Source: Ministeria vibrans ATCC 50519
Lineage: Eukaryota; Protista; Filasterea
DNA: 40,291 nucleotides
Assembly (NCBI GenBank): GCA_943704425.1
Contig: CALSCP010000498.1
Coordinates: forward strand, 1 to 40,291
Direction: 5' to 3'
Both the position numbers and the translations under genes were made by a program. Shown here piece by piece: positions 1-14,903 of this stretch. Each line of letters opens with the position of its first letter. Within the stretch, counting starts at the first letter, position 1. The notes under the pieces were generated by a model. It searched no databases and had not been told where the DNA came from. It worked only from the letters and a program-made list of their open reading frames with translations.

Positions 1-100
<100 letters not shown>

Positions 101-144
101 TATAATTATTATTATTATTATTAAGAATTAATAATAATGCATAC

Positions 145-948
145 GTCTTGCTGAGTCCATCAAAGATGAGCTGTGCTTCGGGTGTAACACCAACTCCAAG
201 GCGAGCGGCAGCTTTCCTTTCTTTTGCAAGAGCCTCTTCAAGACGTGCCTTGGGCAGTGACAAGGTGATTTTAGGGAGTTTAATCTGCGAGGGATCGAAA
301 GTAGAATGAACAGGACAGTCTCAAAGAATAGTCTCCCACTCTATCACTTTGTTTCGATTCTCTCTCTATCACTTTGACTCTCTCTCTCTCTAACACTTTG
401 ACTCTCTTTCTATGACTTTGACACACACACTCTCTATCACTTTGACTCTCTCTTTCTCTATCACTTTGACTCTCTTTCTCTATCACTTTGACTCTCTCTA
501 TCACTTTGACAGACACTTTGACTCTCTTTCTCTATCACTTTGACTCTCTCTCTCTCACGTACCGTGCTTAATTCTGGGTTGTTTCCCAGCACAGACACAA
601 CTGTCAGACACTTTTGAGCGACAATACGGAAGCCGGCAAGGGCGTTGGCGTCGCGCGCGCTCACAGACGAAGATTCGTTAGGGAGGCGAAACACAACGGA
701 TCCGCTGCTCTCCTCCACCGCATACACCTCGCCTTCAAACTCCTCCTACATACCAGAAGGGGAAAAGCAGCCCCCCACACATGTATACGCACGTTAATGA
801 TGGCGCCAAAGAGGAAAGGGAAGAGAGAGAGAGCGAGAGAGAGAGAGAGCGTTGCTCAAACTCATCCAAACAGCAATCTTACGTCCAACGACGTTCGCAC
901 GCGTAAACGATTTCCCACAACCAGTTGCGACATTGCCTCAGTCATCAT
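145..948 (-). CDS. LSM12: LSM12 homologue (Sm-like domain + anticodon-binding domain), spliced, 3' end outside the window
   Basis: Manual exons ~948-883 (MMTEAMSQLVVGNRLRVRTSLD|gtaag), ~745-562 (EEFEGEVYAVEESSGSVVFRL...) and ~284-145 (IKLPKITL...RLGVGVTPEAQLIFDGLSK). The GVGVTPEAQxIFDxLSKT motif is characteristic of LSM12. Confidence 0.8.
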
Positions 949-1119
949 CCAAAGCGCAAAAAATCAAAATGAGTTGACAATTAGTCAATTACGCGATCAT
1001 TCGCACAAAGTCGCATTTGATACACCAAATCACCTCAAAAGATAAATAAGATAATCAAGTTCGATCTTTTTTTTTGCCTCTCATCAACCCCCCCCCCTCG
1101 TACTCGATCCAACATAATC

Positions 1120-1551
1120 ATGTCTGCCGAGCTCAGCGCCCTTGTTGCTCGCCTGGAAACAGTCGCGGCCCGTCTGGAGAAGGTCGGCGCCGCCGGCGGA
1201 TCGTCCGCGCTCGTTGCCGACGCCGCCTTCCTCGAGCCCTTCCAGGACTACCTCACCACCAAGTTCCAGCCCTACGTCGATCAGAGCAATGCCATTGGCG
1301 GTGACGTTGCTGCTCACGCCGCTCTGGTTCACAACGTAATCCTTTTTTTTTTTTTTTTTAAAAAAAAAAATTTTTTTTTTTTTTTTTTTTTTAAAAAAAA
1401 AATGTTTTTTTTTGTCGTTTCTGACTTTCACTGCTTCACCACTCTGACGCTTTCCTGTGCATCTGCATTTGCCGTGATTGCTCTTTCTCTCTGCGCCGCG
1501 CGTGGGCGTCCAGGGCGTCTACTCCTCACCAGTTCACCTTTGTTCGCTTTT

Positions 1552-1634
<83 letters not shown>

Positions 1635-3456
1635 ATCGCTCTGCTGTTTGCTGCACCCTTAAGAAGCTGTTCCGATTCACATGTGCACATGCTTGATAGC
1701 TATCACCTGCTCTCCGTCTCAAATCCAATTGCGGTTGTGAACTTTTTTTTTTCGTTTTGCTTTTGATTCGTTTGAAAAGTCAAAAAAAAATGTCTTTTGT
1801 CTGGTTTTGCAGCACTTTCCATCTTGCTTGCCATCTCTCAACTCTCTTTCTCTTTCTCTTTCTCTTTCTCTTGATCTTTATCTTGATCTTTCTTTTTTCG
1901 TTTTCGACTTTGTGTTCACTTTGACTCACTCATTCACTTCATTTTTCTGTAGGCGATGAGTGCTCTGGATGCCTTCCTTAAGATGGCGGCCAACAGCAAG
2001 CCTCCGGCTGATCTCGCGGCCGTGTGCAAGCCCATTGCCGAAGCAGTTCAGGCCGTGTCCGAGTTCCGCGACGCCAACCGCCGCAGCAAGCAGTTCAACC
2101 ACCTGAGTGCCATCAGCGAGGGTAAGAGAAAAAGGAGGTGGAAAGAAACAAAGTGATAGGGAGAGAAAGGAGGGGAAAAGAAACAAAGTGATAGAGAAAG
2201 AGAGAGAGGAGGGAGAAAGAAACAAAGGTGAATTAATCTTACTCAATAACGTGTAATTGCGCGAATTCTGTATTAGTCCGTCTATATTTTTTCGTTTTTT
2301 TTTTCTCACTCTAATGATTTTGTAGGAATCTCCTTTATTGGCTGGGTGAGCGTGCCCATGAAGCCCGTGCCGTACTTGGACGAGTGCGCTAACAGCGCCG
2401 AGTTCTACGTGAACCGCGTCATTAAGGAGTTCAAGGAAAGCGACCCTGTCCAGGTGCAGTGGGCTCGTACGTGGATGGGTGCCATCAAGGCGATGGTCGA
2501 GTACGTGACCGACTACCACCGTGCCGGTGTGACGTGGAATGTCAAGAGCGGCGCTGCCGCTTCGGCACCCGCCTCCTCCAAGCCTGCTGCTGCTGCGCCT
2601 GCTGCTGCCAAGCCCGCTGTGGCTGCTGCTGCGCCTGCTGCCGCTGCTGCTGCCAAAAGCGGTCTCTTTGCCGAACTGAGCAAGGGCACTGGCATCACAT
2701 CGGGTCTCAAGAAGGTCGATAAGTCGCAGATGACACACAAGAACCCCGAGTTGCGCGCGACAAGCGTCGTCCCCGCTGCGGCTGCGCCCGCCGCCTCCGC
2801 CGTGGCCAAGAAGGCAGCACCCGTTGCCGACAAGCCTCCGGTGCTGGAGCTGCAGGGCAAGAAGTGGGCTATTGAGTACCAGAAGGATAACAAGAGCATT
2901 GTGCTGGATGACGTGAACCAGAAGCAGACCGTCTACGTGTACAAGTGCACAGGCTCAGTCATCCAGGTCAAGGGCAAGGTCAACCAGATCACGCTTGACT
3001 CGTGCAAGAAGACGGCCATTGTCTTCGATGGCTGCATGGCCTCCTGCGAGATTATCAACTGCCAGAGTGTCCAAGTTCAGGGTACACATTTTATTTTATC
3101 TTTCTTTCCTTTTGTTTTTTACTCCCCTCCTTCACTCACCATTTCACTTTGTCCTCTCTGTCTCTATCATTTTGTTTTTTTCTCACTCACTCCTTTCTCT
3201 CTCTCTCTTGCTGTGTATGTGTGTAGTGCTGAAGAAGTGCCCGACAGTGTCGATCGACAAGACGGACGGTGCACAGGTGTTCCTGTCCAAGGACTCGCTC
3301 GACGCCGAGATCATGTGCGCCAAGTCGTCCGAGATGAACGTGTCCATGCCTAAGGGCGATGACGGCGAGTTCTCCGAAAACTCTCTTCCCGAGATGATGA
3401 AGACGGTCGTCAAGAACGGAAAGCTCGTCACTGAGATCATTGAGCATCTCGGATAA
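1120..3456 (+). CDS. CAP1: Adenylyl cyclase-associated protein (CAP/Srv2), 4 exons
   Basis: Exons 1120-1335, 1953-2121, 2326-3081, 3227-3456 join in frame. N-terminal RLE repeats (LVARLETVAARLE), FNHLSAISEG, WH2-like LFAEL..G..ITSGLKKV..SQMTHKNPELR, and C-terminal CARP domain (KSSEMNV). Confidence 0.95.
1555..1632. repeat. (CT)n microsatellite in CAP intron 1
   Basis: Uninterrupted CT dinucleotide run. Confidence 0.95.
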
Positions 3457-3675
3457 GACCACTTCCAGTTTCTCCCCGAAAATAAATACACTCTTCTTCG
3501 CTTCCGCTTACAGCGCCTTTCCTTTCTTCTTCCTTTACAAGTTTACTTTACTAGCCTCTCTCTCTCTCTTATCACGTTGTTTCTCCTCTCTCTCTATCAC
3601 TTTGTTTCTTTCTCCTTTCTCTCTCTATCACTTTGTTTCTTTCTCCTTTCTCTCTCTCTCTCTTGCTCATTTGTC

Positions 3676-5513
3676 TCAGTAGTTGAATCGTATGTGAGAG
3701 AGGTGCTCTGCAAATTCTTTGTCTTCGTCTGTTGTTACATTGTCCAGAATGATCTTCGACAATAGTTTCCCTACACGCAACAATCATTATCTTGTGCGTT
3801 CGACTCGACATTATAAATAGGGCCTTACCAGAAGCACAGCAGAGTTTGAAACCGGCAGTGGAATGACCCGTGTTGACAAAGAGATTCGTGAAATTCGTGC
3901 GGGAGACGATGGGCACGCCGTCGACGGTGGTTGGGCGGCGGCCCATCCAAACAGGCGCCTCCTCGATGGCCTTGGGATCGTGGCGGGGCAGGAAGGAGCG
4001 TGTGGCGGTGCGCAGGGCAGCAATTTGAGCGGGTGATGGCTCTTCGTCGCCGGCGCGCGTGACTTCGAGGATGCCTGCGACACGAACGTGCTCGGGGGAG
4101 ACACGGCTCACGTACAGACGCTGTGAGTGGTCGACGACAAGACCGCGCGGGAGGGTCTCGTCGGACGACGACTGCTCGGGGACGTTGAGGGTAAGTGAGT
4201 AGCCGCGCAGAGGGAACTGGTTTACGTTGGTGGCCATCTTCGAGTTGGTGAGCATCTCGGCTGACTCGTTGCCCACACAGCTAATAAACACGTCTGCGCC
4301 AATGTAGCCACGCGAAGTCTTAACGCCCGACACAAACGACTCGTCGCGTTGCGTGATGTACTCGATGCCTTGCACTTCCGTCTCCAGCGACACCTTCACG
4401 CCGTAGCGTCGCTCCATCACACTCACAAGTGCGCGCGCAAAGGACGCACATTCGCCCACCAGGTCATGGTCGTACTCAATGGCACCACACAACTCACCCG
4501 CAACACCCGCCAGACACGGCTCACGCTCTACCGCCTCCTCTACAGAGATCACCCGAGCGCCCACTAGTGCGCGCTCTTCCTCTGTCTGCGCCTCAACGGC
4601 CGCACGCGCCGTGTCAAACGCCGATTGTGATCGGTACACGTCAATGGTGCTGCACACTTGCAAATGTGCCGCCTTGGTAATGCCTTCCTGTTCGGCGACC
4701 CGGAGCAGCTCATTGTATCCGTCAAGAGTGAACCTAATGTACAAGAAAGGAAATGGTTTGAGAGGACGATTCAAAGGCGACGCTGTGCTTGGGTACTGAC
4801 TTGCGAAGGAACTCAGTGCGACTCTCGACTCGTTCTCTTCTCAACGACTGGTACAGGAATTTGAGTCCCCACTCCCAAATGAACGGATTGACGAGAACAT
4901 GCAGCCAGTTGACGGCCATGTACTTGAGCAGCGGGTTGCCTTGCGAGTCACGCTCCGATCGCACCTTGAACATTTCGCCAACGGACGCGCGGTTCGCAAC
5001 GGGTGCATAGCTTCCCAGGCGACAGGCTCCTACACGGACAGAAGAAAGGTTAGGCAAAGACACGCGTGTGTGTGGTGAGAAGTTGCGAAGGGAGTCAGTC
5101 GGCACAGCCAAGTGCAATGAGGCTGAGTGGGCGAAAGGGGGCTACGGGTGGAGCATTGGATCGATGTGGGTCGTAATGCAATGAAGGAGGAGGGGGAGGG
5201 GGGCGCGTGGAAGGGAAAGAAGGGCGCAGGGAGAGAGTGTGAGGTTTGGGATCATGTCACTTGCGCTCTCACCCGCATTCCCCAGACTGGTTTCGCCCGC
5301 AATGTCCTTTCCTCGCTCGATAATATGCACATCCATGCCCTCGCGGGCCAGGTAGTAGGCGGTCGTGACGCCGATGATTCCGCCGCCAAGCACAACGGCC
5401 TTCTGCGGATGCGGGAAGACACTGGGCAGACCCCGACGATGCTGCTGGTAATTTCTGTAGAACACGTAGCCTAGAGCCCCGCCCACAGCGAGTTGCAACT
5501 TTGGGAGTTTCAT
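3676..5513 (-). CDS. FAD-dependent oxidoreductase, DAO family, D-amino acid dehydrogenase (DadA)-like, spliced
   Basis: VVLGGGIIGVTTAYYLA Rossmann motif, ETSLGNAG (cf. DadA ETSFANAG), RGYSLT, WMGRRPTTVDGVPIV, NLFVNTGH. Exons approx. 5513-5273, 5028-4801, 4733-3829, 3770-3676; last exon ends ...LSHIRFNY*. Confidence 0.85.
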
Positions 5514-5649
5514 GTGATATCAAAATTTAATGAAATTTTAATCGTCTGATGAGTGATGATTGACTAGTCTGTCTGTCTTCAGTGTCTTGCGTGAGTTTTT
5601 GTATAACGTGTATTTCTTGTATAGTATATAAGACTCAAGAAAAGTAAAG

Positions 5650-6146
5650 TCAAATCATTTCCTCGACTGTCGTGAACCCCCAGCGCTGCGGTGTAGCAGT
5701 CTCCTTCAAGTCTTTCCCGGCCATCTTTCCGTCTTTGGTCAGATACTCTTTTCCCATATGCTCCTTCAAAGACAAAGAAAAGTTCGTTTAACACTTCCAC
5801 TTCACTTCCCTGTCTCTTTATCATTTTGTATCTTTCTCCCTCCTCTCTGATAAAAAGTATGATAAGGTATGGGATAGTCTGACTGACCTGAGCCCAATAA
5901 ATGAGTTCGTCGACAAAAGGTGTTTCCACTCCCGCAATGAGAGCCATTCCCTTCAGAGTGCACAATCCTACCAAAAAATGAAAATATTTTAACAAAGAAA
6001 GAAACACACAATCAACCAACACGCAACGACAAGAAAAAGGAACTCACCAAAAGGGATATCTTCGCTAAAATAACGATTGGTAAAGTCGGGCACGTGACCA
6101 GCACCACCGGCAACTACCCGTGTAGGCGAGCGCAGTCCCTAAGCAT

Positions 6147-6182
<36 letters not shown>

Positions 6183-7626
6183 GCGGTTTATACTGGCTCA
6201 CTCACTCCTTCCTCTCGTTCATATTGACACTGCATGTGCTCTGTACTTTGTATCCTGAGTTGGAGGTAAATGCAGATTTGACTGTTTCTGGATGTGCAAT
6301 CTGAGTGCCGTAGTTGAACAGAAACCTATAAGAACAAAACAAAACACAAAATTAATAATAATAATTATAATGAATTATAATTAATGATTATAAATTCGAG
6401 AATAATAATAATAATAATAACAATAATAAAAATATTATCGCATACCCTTCGAGAATGGACGGAACAGTATCAAGCACTAAATAAAAAGAGCAAAAAAAAT
6501 GTGATTCAAAAATGAGCCATTCGATGTATAACGTGATTGAGTGCGACTGAATCAGCAAGTAAGTCCACATGAGTATTGACATAGACACCAATGCAAGTAA
6601 GTACGGTTGAGTTCTGGGTGAAGGGCATGGAGAGAGCGCGCGACAAGTTGGTTTTCGTCGCTGAGGCGCTGGAGGAAGGCGGCCGCCTCATCGTCAATGG
6701 TGTCGTAGAAGATGGGGGACTCGGCGAACGTTTCACCCTCTTGCCAGTGTCTGAACAGCGAGTACAGACGCGCCGGGTGGATGATCTATTTGTGTCGTGC
6801 ATTTGTTGTTAAAGGCTTGAGCGACGTGAAGCTAAAATTAGTCGGCGTACTTGATTTGCGGGTTGGAAGATGACTGAGAGAAGATTGGGCAGTGGCGCAA
6901 ATTGAGTGTCTGGCAAAAGTAGGTGCATCAGTGCTGCGCCTTCTTCGGCGCGATCCGCTGGGAAAGCGCCGATGGAAACGCGTTGCTTTTGGCCGAGGAG
7001 GAGTCCCTAAGTGGGTACAATCTTTCTTGGTCAAGGTGCACTTGCACTCACTCACACGCCAATCCTCCTCCGCTGTACCTTCTTGCCATATTCAAGAGTA
7101 CGGCAGTTGTAAGGCATGGGGACGACGCCGAGGACGGAGACGTCGTCACGACCAAGATCTTTGTGGATGTGCTTGCGGGTAATCCAGTGGAAGCCAGGAT
7201 TGCATGGAAAGGAGCAGATCCAAGCGCCTTGCTTGAGGTGCGGCGACACGGCGAGCACAGTCGGCTCCACGGCAAACGCAGGGAGCGGCAAGATCACAAA
7301 GTCCGCCTGAGGCACGACCTCTTGAGGCTTGTTTGAGACGGCGCTGGGATGACCGCGCGGCGCTCGCTTGAAGTGGTCGTCCAGAACAAGTCCGTCCTTG
7401 ATTGCCACCGACAGACGCTCTGCTTCATCCTCAAACGGTGCAAACACCGTCACCTTACAAGGACGTGCCGTGTGGGGTTGCGACGGAGAAGACCAGTGCG
7501 AAGTGTGAGAGTGCGAGGTTTGCGATCAATGGCACTTACATTGAAGCCCAGCGAGCCCAATTGCGCAATGAGAATGTGGGCGGCGTTGCCACCACCACAC
7601 ACACATACAGTCATTTGAGGAGGCAT
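5650..7626 (-). CDS. NAD(P)-dependent opine dehydrogenase (octopine/tauropine/nopaline dehydrogenase family), multi-exon
   Basis: Start MPPQMTVCVCGGGNAAH (GxGxxA), PMPYNCRTLEYGK, PANQ|IIHPARLYSLF, PIFYD, HVPDFTNRYFSEDIPFG|LCTLKGMA, PFVDELIYWAQ|EHMGKEYL, TPQRWG. These are the conserved blocks of the octopine dehydrogenase family; the ORF track shows only fragments. Confidence 0.9.
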
Positions 7627-7738
7627 CTTCCTACTTCGAACACTTCCGACTTTCAGTCACTATGCACAAAAAAGAATGAAACGTTTCGAGTATTCAATAG
7701 ACATCATTCACAGATCACTCAAATTTATTATTGATTCA
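7627..7738. promoter_or_regulatory. Putative bidirectional promoter (opine dehydrogenase / EFTUD2)
   Basis: Only ~112 bp between divergent start codons at 7626(-) and 7739(+). Confidence 0.5.
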
Positions 7739-8013
7739 ATGGACTTGTCATTATACGACGAGTTTGGCAACTACATTGGGGCGGACGAAGGGAGCGACAG
7801 CGACGATGAGCTTGTAAGCCCAGGGCGTCGTGGGGACGCATCAGCCTCCGCTGCCGACGAGTCCTTCCTGCCGCCCGCGCGCGACGGAATGGTCGCCGAC
7901 GACGACGACGACGACGACGATGATGATGATGATGATGGCTACCATGGCCAGGGTCTCATGGACGAACGCGACGACCATGCCGCCGACGGTACTCACAAGT
8001 CACAAACCTTCTC

Positions 8014-8067
<54 letters not shown>

Positions 8068-10970
8068 GTTCTCCTCGACAATCTCGCGTCTCAGGCCGTT
8101 GTGATGGCTGTTCTGCGGCGGTAGACTTGTGAAGCAGCATGAATAGTCGCTGTGACACTCGTGATGGGACTCTATGACCCTGATACGCGGTGATCCTGCT
8201 CAAAACGTCGTCGAGACTTTTTCACGTCTCCCCTTTTTGTTACCTCTTCTCTTGCCTTGGCAACCTGACTGCTGTCGCCCCTATGCGTCTTTCGATCGAC
8301 TCACCCGGCGCCTGCCTCGCCTATTTGTGTAGAAATCAACGCACAGAACGCCATTGTATTACACGAAGACAAAAAGTACTATTTGACTGCACGCGAGGTG
8401 TACGGCGACGACGTGGAGACGCTCGTCCAGGAGGAGGACACCCAGCCTATCACCAAGCCCATTGTTGAGCCGATCAAGGTAATCGCATTTTCTCTTATGG
8501 TTTTTTTTCTTTGAACAATAATGATAATAATAATATTATTAAATTTTTATTATTAATATTAATAATATTAATATTTTTTGTTTTGTAATGGTTCAGGTGA
8601 AGAAACATGCGTTCCAGGAGGAGTCGCTTCCAGAGACAGTGTACAGCAAAGACTACATGGTGGAGTTGATGGAGATTCCGATGTTGACGCGCAACGTGGC
8701 GTTTCTGGGGCAACTGCATCACGGCAAGACGACCATGATTGATCGGCTTGTCGAACAGGCGCACGCCGTGGACTTTGTCGACAACGAAAATGGCGCACGG
8801 GGTGGCACGTGCAACGTCCGTTTTGCCGACACTCTCATGACCGAACAGGCACGCGGCATGTCTATCAAATCCACTCCTCTCTCATTGCTCCTGCCCGATT
8901 GCAACTCCAAAAATTGGCTCGTCAACATTTTCGATACGCCAGGTAGGCCTCTCTTCACAGTTCAAAGGAGCGAGCTTCATTTGATTTACATTTGTTGGCA
9001 TTGTCAGTTGCTTGTGGATGTTGTCTGTCACTTGTTGACACTGTCAGTTGCTTGTTGATATTGTATTGTCTCCATTCTTTGTTTCTTTCTCTCTATCACT
9101 TTGACTCTCTTTATCTATCACTTCACTTTGTTTCTTTCTCCCTTCTCCCTTTCGTGTTGATCTGCCCTTTCTTCACACACAGACAATTCTTTCTCCTCTC
9201 TCTTTCTCTCTCCTTACCTTACATTATGTTTCTGTCTGGCGTAGGACATGTCAATTTCAGCGACGAAGCGACTGCGTCACTGCGTCTGTGCGACGGCGCT
9301 GTGGTCTTTGTTGATGCAGTCGAGGGAGTCATGATGCAGACGGAACGCATGATCAAGCATGCTCTGCGCGAACGTGTCTCTCTCACCTTCTGCATTAACA
9401 AGGTCGATCGCCTCATTCTTGAGCTTAAGCTGCCTCCCGCCGACGCCTACTTCAAGCTCAGACACACCATTGACGAGATCAACTCCATTCTCGCTGCCAG
9501 TCCCTTTTGCGACGTAGGCGCACACTTTTTTTTTTGTACACAATCGTATTAATCTAGTATTCTCACGCTGTGCATACCATATTTTGTATTTAGGAGCTCG
9601 TGAGCCCCTTGCGCGGCAACGTGTGCTTTGCGGCGGGCGAGTACAACATTGCGTTCACTCTGCACTCGTTTGCACGTCTTTATGCCGAGACGTACGGAGG
9701 CTTTCCCGCCGAGAAGCTTGCTGAGCGACTGTGGGGCGACGTGTACTTCCACGAGCACACACGACGCTTCTCGAAGAAACCCGAGGGCAGCGGCGCCCAA
9801 CGGTCTTTTGTCGAGTTTATCCTGCAGCCGCTGTACAAGTTGGTGGGTGCCGTGGTGGGCGAGTGTGATACGACCTTGCCCGAGACCATGGCCGAGCTGG
9901 GCATCACGCTGAGCAAGAGCGAACTTAAGCTCAATGTGCGCCAGCTTGTCAAGATTGCGGGTGCGCGCTTCTTTGGCGACATGTCATCACTCGTCGACAT
10001 GATTGCCAAGCATGTACCGTCTCCCGAGGTCAATGCCGTGTGCAAGGTTGAACAGACCTACAAGGGCTCGGCCGAGTCGACATTTGCACAGGCATTGCGC
10101 AAGTGTGACAAGGACGGTCCACTAGCCATTCACGTGTCCAAGCTGTACGCGTCGGAGACTGCCGATGCGTTTCATGCGTGCGGTCGTGTCATCAGTGGAA
10201 CGGTGCGTGCTGGTCAGCAGGTACGTGTGCTCGGCGAGGCCTACTCGCTCGACGATGACGAAGACATGAAGGTTGCAACAGTCGGTCATGTGTGGCTGCC
10301 TGTGGGTCGCTACCGCATTGCCGTCGCTCATGCGTGTGCGGGTGCTATTGTGTTGCTCGAGGACGTTGACGCAAGCATTGTCAAGACGGCAACCATTGTC
10401 GATGTCAATGCGCCCGCCGATGTCGACATCTTCCGTCCCCTCTCTTTTGACACCACCGCGACCATCAAGCTCGCCGTCGAGCCCCTCAACCCGTCTGAGT
10501 TGCCTAAACTGCTCGATGGCCTGCGAAAGGTCAACAAGTCGTATCCGTTGCTCACAACCAAAGTGGAGGAAAGTGGCGAGCACGTCATCATCGGTAAAAA
10601 TGCACAACCAAAGTGCACACAATTTGAGTTAACGTGCTATCGATGTAGGGACGGGAGAGATGTACATGGATGCTGTGATGCAAGATTTGCGTGATGTATT
10701 TGCCGACATCGAGATCAAGGTGTCCGATCCCGTTGTGTGCTTTACTGAGACTGGTCAGAAGAATCCAATGTGTCCAAATGTACCAGACTGACCCACACAC
10801 CCCACGCGCACTTTTTTTGCCCTGTGTAGTGGCCGACACGAGTGCCCTGAAGTGCTTTGCGGAGACCCCTAACAAGCGAAACAAACTCACGATGATCACG
10901 GAGCCCCTTGAGAAGGATCTCGCAGAAGATATCGAACGGGGTGTAAGCGAAAGAATCATATACCTTTTTG

Positions 10971-11012
<42 letters not shown>

Positions 11013-12139
11013 TTTTTGCTTTTTTGCTTACTTCTGTTTGCTGTAGAACGTGTCGCTGGCATGGCCGCGCAGTCAAGTATCGTCGTTTTTTCAGACCAAG
11101 TACGAGTGGGATGTACTTGCGGCGCGCAATGTGTGGGCGTTTGGACCTGAACCGCTGACGGGTCCGAATGTCCTCATTGATGACACACTGCCGAGTGAGG
11201 TGGACAAGCGTGCATTGGGTCAGGTACGTGACTCGATTGTGCAAGGCTTCCAGTGGGGTACACGCGAAGGGCCTCTGTGCGACGAGCCCATTCGCAACGT
11301 CAAATTTCGTGTGCTCGATGCGACCATTGCGGACGAGCCCATTGCGCGTGGCGGTGGTCAAATTATCCCGACGGCTCGGCGTGTCGCCTACTCAGCCTTC
11401 CTCATGGCTACTCCTCGGTGAGCGAGCAAAGGGACAATTTTTGAGTCGTTCTCAATTCAACTCATCCTCTAACTCTACCCTGCGTGTGTCTATAATGATT
11501 GTGTAGTCTGATGGAGCCGTACTATTATGTGGAGGTGCAAGCACCTGCCGACTGCGTCACGGCCATTTACACCGTACTCTCCAAGCGCCGTGGGCATGTT
11601 GTACAGGACATTCCCAAAGCCGGTTCGCCTCTCTACACAGTCAAGGTACCAACTATCAAAATATTAGTCATTTAAATGATTAGTATGGGCAGGTTTATTC
11701 TTATTCTTCTGTTAGCTATTATGAATTGTTAATATGAATTATTATGCTCTGTATTTTCTTTTTGTATCATGAATAAATGGGTTGTTATTCTTCTTCTTTT
11801 TCTAATTATTAATTATTTTCATCCTCTTTTTAGGCGTACATTCCTGCGATGGACTCGTTCGGGTTTGAGACAGATCTTCGAACACACACTCAGGGTCAGG
11901 CGTACTGCCAGTCGGTGTTTGATCACTGGCAGATCGTTCCGGGCGATCCGCTTGATCGCTCCATCGTTATTCGTCCGCTCGAGCCCCAGCCGGCGCAGCA
12001 TCTTGCTCGTGAATTTATGATTAAGACGCGTCGTCGCAAGGGACTCGCCGAGGACGTGTCTATCAGCAAGTACTTTGACGACCCCAAGCTTCTCGAGCTT
12101 GCACAACAGGAGCTCGAGGGAATGGGCGGTATGCTTTAG
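7739..12139 (+). CDS. EFTUD2: U5 snRNP 116 kDa GTPase (Snu114), multi-exon
   Basis: [14 protein letters not shown] acidic N-terminus, LHEDKKYY, G1 [12 protein letters not shown]|[69 protein letters not shown]. Confidence 0.97.
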
Positions 12140-12421
12140 AGCGATTGATGGGAAGAAGAAAACCACACGCACGCACCAAAAACGGAAGGAAAATGTAGCG
12201 ACTTGAGTGAATGACAGTGAAAAGAAGATTGAGAGATTGAGAGAGAGAGGAGGGTGGAGGAGTAAAGAAGAAGAGCATTTCTTTTCGATTCAGTTTATTG
12301 CATACAAAGAAAGCGCAGGGAGACTACAACAAGCCAAAAGGGTGAAAGAAAAAACACACACGCACAAAACACACAAAAAAATTATTCAATGTTCATCTCG
12401 TCTTGGTCGCGAGAAAAACAG

Positions 12422-14410
<1,989 letters not shown>

Positions 14411-14903
14411 TTGATCCGAAGAAAACGACGAGACTGTGAGGGCAGTGGGAGGGGGGGCGCGTATATGAAGAGCGGGGTGAACAGAACTATACGGACAGCC
14501 TCCAGGCCAACACAGACGACACTGGTGACAATTCACAAATAATTTTGAATTTGTGAATTTGATACTATTCTACTTGTCACATTGTTATTATAACACTATT
14601 ATAATTTATAAAGACAGGCCAAGTAACAATCAGACAGACAAATGAGACAAATGCATAACTATTTGCCATAATATCATTTGACCAAACCCCTGAACTGAGA
14701 ACTCCAAAAACGACAGACCAAAATTAGTTTTTCATTTGATCTATATTGGCAATTAGATAGCGACTACACCGCACGATGACTGACGACGACCTGCCTCTGT
14801 TCTCCTATGTTACCTCTAGAGTTTCTGTTGAGTTTGCAAGGCGGTCTGGCTGTGTCTTTACGTGACTATATCTTGAATAAATGATTATTATTATTATTAT
14901 TTA

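Noticed and set aside
338-545. AGTGATAGAGA matches half of the tet operator, suggesting vector contamination
   Set aside because: Only a half-site, never the full palindrome, and it is embedded in native CT-rich introns across the window.
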